A stretch of DNA of 57,780 nucleotides, taken from Actinomycetes bacterium. GTDB lineage: Bacteria > Actinomycetota > Actinomycetes > JACCUZ01. Location: assembly GCA_035489715.1 (NCBI GenBank), contig DATHAP010000168.1, positions 1 through 57,780 of the forward strand, written 5' to 3'. Of the stretch, positions 8,751 to 16,856 are shown piece by piece (position 1 is the stretch's first letter; every line of letters starts with the position of its first letter). The notes under the pieces are model-generated. The model was not told the DNA's origin. It ran no database searches and worked only from the letters and a program-made list of their open reading frames with translations. A program made the position numbers and the translations under genes.

Positions 8751-9344
8751 ATGAAGAGGTACGCGTTCGCCTACCGCGTCGGCATGACGCCGTGGGAGAA
8801 GTACGGAGCGGCGGCGGCGGAGAGCATCGCCGCACTGCTCGACCGAGAGGAGGCCGACCGGCCGCGGCCCCTCGGCCGGGCGCTCGACCTGGGCTGCGGG
8901 CGCGGTCAGTACACGCCCGAGCTCGCCCGGCGCGGCTGGGAGGCGGTCGGGGTGGACGTGGTGCCACGCGCGGTGGAGGCGGCCCGGCGGGCAGGCCCAC
9001 CCGGAGTGACGTACGTCGTCGGCGACGTGACCGCGCTCCCGAGCTCCCTCGGGGGGTTCGACTTCTTCCTGGACGTCGGCTGCTTCCAGGGCTTCGGTGA
9101 GCCGCAGCGCATGGCGCAGGGGCGCAGCATCACTGCGCTGGCGAACCCCGGCGCTACCCTGCTGATGCTGGAGTTCGGGGCGACCCTGATGCGGTCGGTG
9201 ACCGGCGGGGTGACGCAGGCCGAGGTCGAGCAGGCGTTCCCCGGCTGGGAGCTGCTCTCGGTCGAGGCGGCCTCCACCGCGTCGCTGGGCTGGCCGCTCG
9301 ACCGCACGTCGCCGCAGTGGTACCGCCTCCGCCTGCGCACCTGA
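8751..9344 (+). CDS. Class I SAM-dependent methyltransferase
   Basis: Motif I is LDLGCGRGQYT and motif II is FDFFLDVGC. A GGGAGGTG SD lies 7 nt upstream of ATG 8751. Confidence 0.85.
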   Translation: MKRYAFAYRVGMTPWEKYGAAAAESIAALLDREEADRPRPLGRALDLGCGRGQYTPELARRGWEAVGVDVVPRAVEAARRAGPPGVTYVVGDVTALPSSLGGFDFFLDVGCFQGFGEPQRMAQGRSITALANPGATLLMLEFGATLMRSVTGGVTQAEVEQAFPGWELLSVEAASTASLGWPLDRTSPQWYRLRLRT

Positions 9345-9459
9345 CCCGGCGTTCCGCGCCGCTCCACCGGGCTGGCGGGCCTCCGTACCACCTTCCGCAC
9401 CGCTCACCCGCCAGCCGGTCGCGTCCGGAGCCGGGTCGTAGGCCCAGGTCGAGCTGTGA

Positions 9460-10107
9460 TCAGAGCTCATGGCCGGTCACGTGCTGGCGGACCCAGGTGT
9501 GCATCGCGATGGCGGCCGCAGCCCCGACGTTGATGGAGCGGGTCGAGCCGTAGTGCACGATCGAGACGACGAGGTCGAGCTGCTCGCGGGCGGCCGGGGA
9601 GAGCCCCGGTCCTTCCTGGCCGAGCAGGAGCACGGCGTGGCGGGGCAGCCGCGTCTCCTCGAGGGGGACCGAGCCGGGGAGGTTGTCGATACCCACCACG
9701 GCCAGCCCCTCGGCGTGCGCCCAGGCCAGCAGCGCGGCGACGTCCTCGTGGTGGCGGACGTGCTGATAGCGGTCGGTGACCATGGCGCCGCGGCGGTTCC
9801 ACCTTCGCCGCCCGACGACGTGCACCTCCTCGACCAGGAAGGCGTTCGCGGTCCGCACGACCGACCCGATGTTGAAGTCGTGCCGGAGGTTCTCGATGGC
9901 CACGTGCAGGTCGTGGCGGCGCCCGTCGAGGTCGGCGACGATCGCCTCCCGCCGCCAGTAGCGATATCGGTCGACCACGTTGCGCCGGTCGCCGTGGGCG
10001 AGCAGCTCCGCGTCGTACCACGGGTCGTCGGGCCACTCCCCGGTCCACGGCCCGACGCCGACCTCGTCGCGGGGCTCGTCGGCGTCCTCGGTGGGCGGGT
10101 CGGTCAC
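9460..10107 (-). CDS. TrmH/SpoU family RNA 2'-O-methyltransferase
   Basis: SpoU motifs are present: NIGSVVRTANAF, LLLGQEGPGLS and IVHYGSTRSINVGAAAAIAM. Confidence 0.9.
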   Translation of the reverse strand: MTDPPTEDADEPRDEVGVGPWTGEWPDDPWYDAELLAHGDRRNVVDRYRYWRREAIVADLDGRRHDLHVAIENLRHDFNIGSVVRTANAFLVEEVHVVGRRRWNRRGAMVTDRYQHVRHHEDVAALLAWAHAEGLAVVGIDNLPGSVPLEETRLPRHAVLLLGQEGPGLSPAAREQLDLVVSIVHYGSTRSINVGAAAAIAMHTWVRQHVTGHEL

Positions 10108-10114
10108 CCGGCGC

Positions 10115-10124
10115 AGCCTAGAGT
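10115..10124. promoter_or_regulatory. Two overlapping -10-like hexamers for divergent leaderless genes (TrmH and DedA1)
   Basis: The minus strand reads TAGGCT-N7-GTG(10107) and the plus strand reads TAGAGT-N6-GTG(10131). The two hexamers share the central TA of CCTAGA inside a 23-bp spacer. Confidence 0.5.
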
Positions 10125-10130
10125 TGCGCG

Positions 10131-10748
10131 GTGCTGCCCGACCTGGACCCGGACCTGGGGACGCTCGGGGCGGGCGCCGTGTACGCGATCGTCCTCGGCT
10201 TCGTGTTCGTCGAGTCGGGGCTGCTCCTCGGGTTCTTCCTGCCCGGCGACACGATCCTTTTCGGCGCCGGTCTGGTGTCGGCCGAGGACGGCTCGGGCGT
10301 GCACCTCGGCTGGCTGGTGGCCGGCGCGTTCGCGGCCGCCGTCCTCGGGGACTCGGTCGGCTATGCGACAGGCTTCCGGCTGGGCCGCACCTGGCTGGAC
10401 CATCGGGTCGAGGCCGGCCGGATGGACCCTCGGCACCTGCAGCGGGCCGAGCAGTTCTACGAGCGCTACGGCTGGTGGTCGGTGGTGACGGCCCGGTGGA
10501 TCCCCTGGGTGCGCACCTTCACGCCGGTGCTCGCCGGGACGAGCCGGATGAGCTATCCGCGGTTCCTGTCGGCCAACCTGGTCGGCGCGCTGGGCTGGGC
10601 GGTCGGCCTGCCGGTGCTGGGGCACCTGGCCGCCGACCGGCCGGCTCTGAAGTACGTGGCCTACGCGGTGGCGGCGTTCTTCGTCGCCGCGTCCCTCGTC
10701 CTGGGTGTCGGCGCGTGGGTCCGTCGGAGGCGTTCCGCCAGGCAGTAG
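10131..10748 (+). CDS. DedA family membrane protein (paralog 1)
   Basis: It has the DedA signature ESGLLLGFFLPGDTILFGAGL and RWIPWVRTFTPVLAG, with multiple TM segments. Confidence 0.9.
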   Translation: MLPDLDPDLGTLGAGAVYAIVLGFVFVESGLLLGFFLPGDTILFGAGLVSAEDGSGVHLGWLVAGAFAAAVLGDSVGYATGFRLGRTWLDHRVEAGRMDPRHLQRAEQFYERYGWWSVVTARWIPWVRTFTPVLAGTSRMSYPRFLSANLVGALGWAVGLPVLGHLAADRPALKYVAYAVAAFFVAASLVLGVGAWVRRRRSARQ

Positions 10749-10751
10749 CGT
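10746..10751 (+). promoter_or_regulatory. -10-like hexamer TAGCGT, 7 nt upstream of ATG 10759 (leaderless-type)
   Basis: The read is TAGCGT-cgcgaac-ATG. The hexamer overlaps the DedA1 stop codon. Confidence 0.4.
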
Positions 10752-10758
10752 CGCGAAC

Positions 10759-11274
10759 ATGGGCCGTCACACCCAGCCCGGCACCGGTGCACCGACCCCG
10801 GACACCGGCTTCTGGGTGCGGATCGCGGCCGCGGCGGTCGTCCTTGTGCTGGCCCTGGCCTGGTGGGTGACCTCGCGAGGAGGGGACGACCCGGTCACCA
10901 CGACCGGCCCGGACCGCACGACCAGCCCCCCGGCGGCCTCTACGACAGCATCGCCGAGCGCCACGTCGAGCCCGACGTCCACGAGCCCGTCGTCGTCACC
11001 CTCGTCCAGCGCGTCCGCCTCGGCCGGGCCGACGAAGCGGCCGCCGCTGCTTGCCTTCGCGGTCAAGCGCAAGAGCTACATCACCGTCCGGGTGCCGGGT
11101 GGCCGGACCATCGTGTCGCGGCTGTTCCAGCCGGGGGCCACGCGCAGCTTCGACGCCAAGGTGCTGCAGGTCGTCAACGGCCGGCCGAACGCGGTGCGCT
11201 TCGTGGTCAACGGCCGGCCGCGGGAGCCCGGCCCGGCCGACCAGCCGGAGACGTTCACCGTCCGCCGCCGCTGA
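10759..11274 (+). CDS. Membrane-anchored protein with RodZ C-terminal-like (DUF4115) domain
   Basis: An N-terminal TM segment (FWVRIAAAAVVLVLALAWWV) is followed by a Ser/Pro/Thr linker and then the beta domain SYITVRVPGGRTIVSRLFQPGATRSFDAKVLQVVNGRPNAVRFVVNG. No HTH is present. Confidence 0.7.
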   Translation: MGRHTQPGTGAPTPDTGFWVRIAAAAVVLVLALAWWVTSRGGDDPVTTTGPDRTTSPPAASTTASPSATSSPTSTSPSSSPSSSASASAGPTKRPPLLAFAVKRKSYITVRVPGGRTIVSRLFQPGATRSFDAKVLQVVNGRPNAVRFVVNGRPREPGPADQPETFTVRRR

Positions 11275-11299
11275 CCGGGTCCGCCGCCGGGTGCGCCGG

Positions 11300-11305
11300 T
11301 AGCCT
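11300..11305 (+). promoter_or_regulatory. -10-like hexamer TAGCCT, 6 nt upstream of ATG 11312 (leaderless-type)
   Basis: The read is TAGCCT-tctcgg-ATG. Confidence 0.4.
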
Positions 11306-11311
11306 TCTCGG

Positions 11312-12001
11312 ATGTCCGCCTCCGCCCTCGGCCCCTCGTGGCTGGACCCCAACACGCTGGTCGACAACTTCGGCCTGGTGGGGATCCTCGTCGTGGTCTT
11401 CGCCGAGTGCGGCCTGCTGGTCGGCTTCTTCCTGCCCGGTGACTCGCTGCTGTTCACCGCGGGGCTCCTGGTGAAGCAGGGGTCGATGAGCCAGCCGATC
11501 TGGCTGGTCTGCCTGCTGATCACGATCGCGGCCATCGCCGGCAACCAGGTCGGCTACATGATCGGCCGGAAGGCCGGCCCGGCCGTCTTCAGCCGCCCGG
11601 ACTCCCGGCTGTTCAAGCAGGAGTACGTCGACAAGTCCTATGCCTTCTTCGACAAGTACGGCGCGCGCGCGATCGTGCTGGCCCGCTTCGTGCCGATCGT
11701 CCGGACGTTCATCACGGTCACCGCCGGCGTCGGCAGGATGCACTACCGCACCTACCTGATCTACACGATCGTGGGCGGTGTGCTCTGGGGCACCGGCGTG
11801 ACGATGCTCGGCTACGCGCTGGGCGGTGTGGACTTCGTGGCCGACCACATCGAGCTGATCCTGATCGGGATCGTCGCCGTCTCGGTCATCCCGGTCGGCT
11901 TCGAGCTTCTGCGGGCCCGGTCGCGCAACCGGGACGAGCGCTACGACGAGCCGGCCGAGCGGGAGCGGGTCGAGCAGGAGAAGCTCAACCCCGACGTCTG
12001 A
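11312..12001 (+). CDS. DedA family membrane protein (paralog 2)
   Basis: It carries ECGLLVGFFLPGDSLLFTAGLL and ARFVPIVRTFITVTAG, with a charged C-terminal tail. Confidence 0.9.
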   Translation: MSASALGPSWLDPNTLVDNFGLVGILVVVFAECGLLVGFFLPGDSLLFTAGLLVKQGSMSQPIWLVCLLITIAAIAGNQVGYMIGRKAGPAVFSRPDSRLFKQEYVDKSYAFFDKYGARAIVLARFVPIVRTFITVTAGVGRMHYRTYLIYTIVGGVLWGTGVTMLGYALGGVDFVADHIELILIGIVAVSVIPVGFELLRARSRNRDERYDEPAERERVEQEKLNPDV

Positions 12002-12061
12002 TTCGTGGTCGTGGTCAGGTCGTGGTCGTCCTCGGCGTCGTGATCCCGGTCGACGTCGGGG

Positions 12062-12926
12062 TCATCCCGGCCCTGGCGCCGGCGTTTTGCGGCTGACCTC
12101 GTAGTGGAGGACGAGGAACGCGAAGCCGCAGACCCAGAAGGCATGCTCCGCGCGCAGTGCGCCGTCGCGGACATAGACGCCGAGCTGCTCGTCGAACCCT
12201 GGCACGCCGAGCGTCGTCAGCTCGTCCGACTGCGGGTCGATGTAGGTCAGGTAGTGGCCGGGCTGGCCGAGCTCGCTCCTGCTGGTGAGCCCCAGACCGC
12301 CCCCTGCCCGGGTAGATGCCGACGTAGATGCCGCCGATGGCTGCGGCCAGGTCCAGGACGTAGCCGGTGCCGACGTATCGGGTCCACGAGGCACGTGGCA
12401 CGACGAACTGCAGCTCGGCTGCGTCGACCCGCTCGGCGAGGAGAATGACCTGCGGGTCCCGGAAGACGGCTGCCGACAGGACCCGGTAGACCAGCACGGT
12501 GCTGGCGGCCACGACCGAGCCCGGCGCCTGGCGCCTCCCGAGCACCCCTCCCACGGCGAGACCGACCAGCGGCCCGAGCACGACCTTCTGCGGCCGGATG
12601 CCGAGCAGCCCCGCGCACGCCCCGCTCATGACGCCGACCGTGCGCGGGCCGACGCCCGCGACCCGAGCGACTGACCAGCCGGCAGGCGCGGCCAGCGCGG
12701 CACTGGCGGCGATCCGCGACCACAGGGCGGGGATCTCGTTCGGGCGCTGCAGGGCGCGGGCCACGCCGTCGACGACCGCAAGGGCGACGGCGCCGGCAGC
12801 AGTGGCGGCGGCTGCCTGCTTGGCACCGCGGTGGCTCGTCAGCGTCAGCCCCGCCAGGCCACCGACGGCCGGGGGGAACACGACACCTCCGAGGCGGCCG
12901 GGGGGCTCCGGTCGCTTCCGCTCCAC
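12062..12926 (-). pseudogene. Gly/Ala-rich membrane protein downstream of lemA with a broken reading frame (apparent 1-nt frameshift at or near the C5 run 12300-12304)
   Basis: Frame A (12926 down to about 12305) is protein-like up to ...[16 protein letters not shown] and then turns into Arg/Pro-rich junk. Frame B (ORF 12062-12394) is junk at first and becomes protein-like from ...[46 protein letters not shown]. Removing one C from the run joins the two halves seamlessly. Confidence 0.55.
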
Positions 12927-12938
12927 TGCGCGCCCGGG

Positions 12939-13499
12939 TCAGGAGAAGTCGACGGTGGGCGCGGACCGGACGGCCTCGTCCTCGACCTCGAAGTACTCCT
13001 CCCCGTGGAACCCGAACACGCTCGCCACCAGGTTGGACGGGAACGACTCGACCCGGGTGTTCATCGCCCGCACGTTGGCGTTGTAGAAGCGTCGGCCGGC
13101 GGCGATGCGGTCCTCGGTCTCGGTGAGCTCGCGCTGCAGCTCCAGGAAGGTGGTGCTCGCCTTGAGCTCGGGGTAGGCCTCCGCCACGGCGAAGAGACGG
13201 CCCAGCGCCTGGCCGAGGATCCCCTCCTGCTGCGCCTGCTGGGCGGGCGTCGACCCCGGGGCGGCGGCCTGGGCACGCGCCTTGGTGACCGCGTCGAAGA
13301 CCTCGCGCTCGTGGGTCGCGTAGCCCTTCACGGTCTCGACCAGGTTGGGGATCAGGTCGTGCCGCCGCTTCAGCTCGACGTCCACCTGGCGCCACGACTC
13401 CTGCACCAGGTTGCGCTGCCGGACGAAGCGGTTGTACGAGACCACGACCGCGACCGCGAGCAGGACGACGACGGCCAGCACGATCCAGAGGGCGGTCAT
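12939..13499 (-). CDS. lemA: LemA family protein
   Basis: An N-terminal TM segment is followed by the LemA signature YNRFVRQRNLVQESWRQVDVELKRRHDLIPNLVETVKGYATHEREVF and RRFYNANV. Confidence 0.92.
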   Translation of the reverse strand: MTALWIVLAVVVLLAVAVVVSYNRFVRQRNLVQESWRQVDVELKRRHDLIPNLVETVKGYATHEREVFDAVTKARAQAAAPGSTPAQQAQQEGILGQALGRLFAVAEAYPELKASTTFLELQRELTETEDRIAAGRRFYNANVRAMNTRVESFPSNLVASVFGFHGEEYFEVEDEAVRSAPTVDFS

Positions 13500-13541
13500 G
13501 GGCCCGGATCGTATCCACCGGGCAGCTGGTACTGCGGCCCG

Positions 13542-14087
13542 TCAGCCCAGACCGAGGTCCGCGAGGTCGTAAGCCGCGAGGTACTCGAGACCTTCGGCCC
13601 GCACGGTGTCGGCCGCGCCGCGCTCGACGATCACTGCCACGCCCACGACCTCCGCGCCCGCCTCGCGCAGCGCCTCGACGGCGGCCAGGACGGAGGCGCC
13701 GGTGGTCGAGGTGTCTTCGACGGCCAGCACCCGCCGGTCGGCGACGTCCGGCCCCTCGATGCGCTGCTGCAGCCCGTGCGCCTTGCCTTCCTTCCGCACG
13801 ACGAAGGCGTCCAGCCGGCGCCCACGTGTCGCAGCGGCGTGCAGCATCGCGGTCGCCACCGGGTCGGCGCCCAGCGTCAGCCCACCGACGGCGTCGTACT
13901 GCAGGCCGGCCGTGGCGTCGAGCATCACCTCGCCGACCAGCGGCGCCGCCTCGCCGTCGAGGGTGATCCGGCGCAGGTCGACGTACCAGTCCGCCTCGCG
14001 TCCCGACGACAGGACGACCCGGCCGTGCACGACGGCCTTGTCGGTGATCTGGGCCAGCAGCCGGTCACGGGCGGAGGTCTCGTCCAT
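13542..14087 (-). CDS. pyrE: Orotate phosphoribosyltransferase
   Basis: It has the PRPP-binding motif VLAVEDTSTTGASV and FVVRKEGKAHG. I trimmed the ORF to ATG 14087 (MDETSARDRLL), which is preceded by TAGGCT-N8. Confidence 0.93.
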   Translation of the reverse strand: MDETSARDRLLAQITDKAVVHGRVVLSSGREADWYVDLRRITLDGEAAPLVGEVMLDATAGLQYDAVGGLTLGADPVATAMLHAAATRGRRLDAFVVRKEGKAHGLQQRIEGPDVADRRVLAVEDTSTTGASVLAAVEALREAGAEVVGVAVIVERGAADTVRAEGLEYLAAYDLADLGLG

Positions 14088-14117
14088 CGCGGGCGAGCCT
14101 AGGGCAGGCTCACGGCG

Positions 14118-14861
14118 ATGACCCCGCTGACCGCGATGCCGCCGCCCGCGCTCGTCCTGGTCCACAGCCCGCTGGTCGGGCCGGCTTCCTGGGGCGACCT
14201 GCCGGACGTGCTGCGCGGGCGAGGGCAGGACGCCGTGGTGGTCGACGTGACCGACGACGACCAGCCGCCGTTCGCCCAGCGGTACGTCGCGCGAGCGGCT
14301 CTCCAGGTGCGCGAGGCGGTCGGTGAACGGCCGGTGGTGCTCGTCGGGCACTCCGGCGCGGGATACCTGCTGCCCCTGGTCGGAGCGGCCCGGCGGGCCC
14401 TGCGCAGCCGGGTGGCGGCCTACGTGTTCCTCGACGCGGGGCTTCCTCCGGCGCGGCCGGCGTCCCGGCTGGACCTACTGGCCACCGAGGTCGCGGGTGG
14501 CGACGAGTGGCTGGCCGGGTTCCGCGCCGAGCTGGCCGCCGGTGGGCACTACCCGACCTGGACCGACGACGACCTGGCCGACCTGGTGCCCGACGACGAG
14601 CGGCGACGTGCCCTGGTCGCATCTCTGCGGCCGCGGGCCGAGCCGTTCTTCACCGAGACCCTGGCGGTCGCGCCTGACTGGCCGGACGCGCCGTGCGCGA
14701 TGGTCCGGCTCTCCGAGGCGTACGACCAGCCGGCCCGGGTGGCGGCGTCACGGGGCTGGCCGGTCGTGTCCGCGGACCCCGCGGGCGGCCACTTCGCGCC
14801 CTGCGTGGTGCCGGAGACCGTGGCCGACCTCATGGGTGACGTGCTCGGCCGGCTGCTCTGA
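14118..14861 (+). CDS. Alpha/beta hydrolase fold protein
   Basis: The sequence runs LVLVHSPLVGPASW ... LVGHSGAGYLL, which gives a GxSxG nucleophile elbow. Confidence 0.75.
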   Translation: MTPLTAMPPPALVLVHSPLVGPASWGDLPDVLRGRGQDAVVVDVTDDDQPPFAQRYVARAALQVREAVGERPVVLVGHSGAGYLLPLVGAARRALRSRVAAYVFLDAGLPPARPASRLDLLATEVAGGDEWLAGFRAELAAGGHYPTWTDDDLADLVPDDERRRALVASLRPRAEPFFTETLAVAPDWPDAPCAMVRLSEAYDQPARVAASRGWPVVSADPAGGHFAPCVVPETVADLMGDVLGRLL

Positions 14862-14875
14862 GGCGAGCCGGTCGG

Positions 14876-15898
14876 TCACCGGAGCCGGGCGTGGTGGGCG
14901 GCCAGGATCCGGCGCTCCTTCTCCGGGTCGATGCCGTGGTTCGCGACGTAGTCGCGGTCCGGCTTGGCGGCCGGCCCCTCGTCGCGCAGCCAGGCCCAGG
15001 TGTCGGCGACGGTCTCGACCACCGGCCTCGACCGCAGACCCAGCCGCTCTGCCGCCGCGGTCTGCGCCCTCCACACGTGGTCGGCCTCCTGGCCGGGCGG
15101 CATCCAGAGCGGCAGCTCGGTCCAGACCTCGACCTGGTGCTCGAGCAGCAGGTCGTCGGGCACCCAGGTGAGCGTCGCGTCGGAGCCGGTGGCGGCCACG
15201 CAGTCCTGCAGCCAGCTGCCCATCGTCGCGTTGCCCTGCGGGCCGGTCGCGTTGACCGTTCCCCCGGTGCCGCCCTCCGCGCAGTCGAGCATGAAGGCCG
15301 CGAGGTCGCGGGCATCCACCAGCTGCATGGCGGTGTCCGGGTCGCCGGGTGCGAGGACCTCACCGCCGCGGGAGATGCGCTGCAGCCACCAGGGCAGCCG
15401 GCCGACGTTCTCGTGCGGACCGAGGATCAGGCCGGCACGGACGACCAGGGCACGGTCGCCGAACGTCCGGGTGACCGCCCGCTCGCAGCCGGCCTTGAGC
15501 ACGCCGTAGTCGCCGGCGTCGGGGCCGGCCTCCGGCGGGCAGTCCTGTCCCGGCGCCCCGTCCGGCGTCGGCGCGTGCGGCCAGGTGGTGGTGGCCGACA
15601 TGCTGGAGACGAAGGCGTAGAAGGCGCCTGCCGAACGCCCGCCCGACAGGACGCCGACCGCACGTCCCACGACCTCGGGGACGAAGCCGCAGGTGTCGAC
15701 CACGGCGTCGAACTCCCGGTCGGCCAGTTGCGCCAGGTCCGCGTCGGACGCGCGGTCGCCGCGCAGCGCCTCGACGCCTTCCACGTCCGGCCCGCTGACG
15801 CCGCGGTTGAACGTCGTGACGTCGGCGCCGCGGCGGACCGCCTCCTCCGCAGTGGCGCGCCCGAGGAACGAGGAACCTCCGATGAGCAGCAGTCGCAT
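14876..15898 (-). CDS. NAD-dependent epimerase/dehydratase family (extended SDR) protein
   Basis: The N-terminal sequence MRLLLIGGSSFLGRA is a Rossmann motif, and the length is about 340 aa. Confidence 0.85.
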   Translation of the reverse strand: MRLLLIGGSSFLGRATAEEAVRRGADVTTFNRGVSGPDVEGVEALRGDRASDADLAQLADREFDAVVDTCGFVPEVVGRAVGVLSGGRSAGAFYAFVSSMSATTTWPHAPTPDGAPGQDCPPEAGPDAGDYGVLKAGCERAVTRTFGDRALVVRAGLILGPHENVGRLPWWLQRISRGGEVLAPGDPDTAMQLVDARDLAAFMLDCAEGGTGGTVNATGPQGNATMGSWLQDCVAATGSDATLTWVPDDLLLEHQVEVWTELPLWMPPGQEADHVWRAQTAAAERLGLRSRPVVETVADTWAWLRDEGPAAKPDRDYVANHGIDPEKERRILAAHHARLR

Positions 15899-15955
15899 GC
15901 CACGACCCTGGCGGTCCGCAGCCCCGCTCGCCAGAGCCGTTCGCTGCAGGCGGAG

Positions 15956-16702
15956 TCAGCCCCGGCGTCGGGCCAGCAGCCGCCAGACGACCAGCAGCAG
16001 CACCGCCACCCCGACGACGGGCAGCGCGCGCTTCAGCAGCGGCGCACGGGCGACGTCGAGCACGTCGACCGCGTCGTCGCCGCCGGCCGGGACCCGGCGA
16101 AGCGCCGGCGGAGGGACCGTTGCCTGCGGCGCCGCCGCCGCGGTGCCGGCCGCGATGTCCCGGGCGGCCGACTTCGTCTCCTCACCCGGTGTCGCGGCGG
16201 CCGCAGCCGGTGCCGCGGTTGCGGCGGCCGGTGCCGCGGTGGCCGCGGCCGGAGCCGGGTCGACGCCGAGCCCGGCGGCCAGGCAGTCGGCGAACTTGTC
16301 GAGCAGCTTGTTGCCCACCTCGACCATGACGCCGCGACCGAACTGCGCCGGTCGTCCGGTGATCTGCAGGTCGGTGGTGAGCGTGACGTCGGTGGAGCCG
16401 CCCCGGTCGACCAGCGCAGCGGTGATGACCGCGGTCGCGGTCCCCGGACCGCGGGCCTCCTTGGCCGACGCGTCGAGCACCGCGCGACGGGCGGACTCGT
16501 CCTTCTCGGTGAACCGGGCCGTGCCGGCGTAGGTGACCTGGATCGGGCCGACCTTCACCTTCAGCCGGCCATGGATCGTCTCGCCGTCGAAGGACTCCAC
16601 GGTCGCGCCGGGTACGCAGGGGGCGGTTCGCTCGACGTCGAGCAGCAGGTCCCAGGCCTGCGCGACCGGGACGGGCACCGAGAACTGGTGCTCGAGCTGC
16701 AT
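15956..16702 (-). CDS. SRPBCC/CoxG-family protein with Ala/Pro linker and C-terminal TM anchor
   Basis: The order is a CoxG-like N-terminal domain (MQLEHQFSVPVPVAQAWDLLLDVERTAPCVPGA...), then an (AAATAAP)n linker, then the C-terminal hydrophobic helix LPVVGVAVLLLVVWRLLARRRG. Confidence 0.8.
   Translation of the reverse strand: MQLEHQFSVPVPVAQAWDLLLDVERTAPCVPGATVESFDGETIHGRLKVKVGPIQVTYAGTARFTEKDESARRAVLDASAKEARGPGTATAVITAALVDRGGSTDVTLTTDLQITGRPAQFGRGVMVEVGNKLLDKFADCLAAGLGVDPAPAAATAAPAAATAAPAAAAATPGEETKSAARDIAAGTAAAAPQATVPPPALRRVPAGGDDAVDVLDVARAPLLKRALPVVGVAVLLLVVWRLLARRRG
16206..16247. repeat. 2 x 21-bp tandem repeat encoding AAATAAP-AAATAAP in the CoxG-like linker
   Basis: GCCGGTGCCGCGGT recurs with period 21 at 16206 and 16227. 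Confidence 0.7.
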
Positions 16703-16843
16703 CGCCCTACCCCCCACCTGCGGCGGTCCGGGGCCCTCCGGTGAGTGCCCGCGCCAGGTGCTCACGGTAGTCGGGCACGCGGGTCATCCGGGGGGAAGTC
16801 GATCGACCGACCCGGGCCGTGCGGTCCTGGGGACCGCGCCGCC

Positions 16844-16849
16844 TAGGGT
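16844..16849 (+). promoter_or_regulatory. -10-like hexamer TAGGGT, 7 nt upstream of aminotransferase GTG start (leaderless-type)
   Basis: The read is TAGGGT-cccttgg-GTG(16857). Confidence 0.45.
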
Positions 16850-16856
16850 CCCTTGG

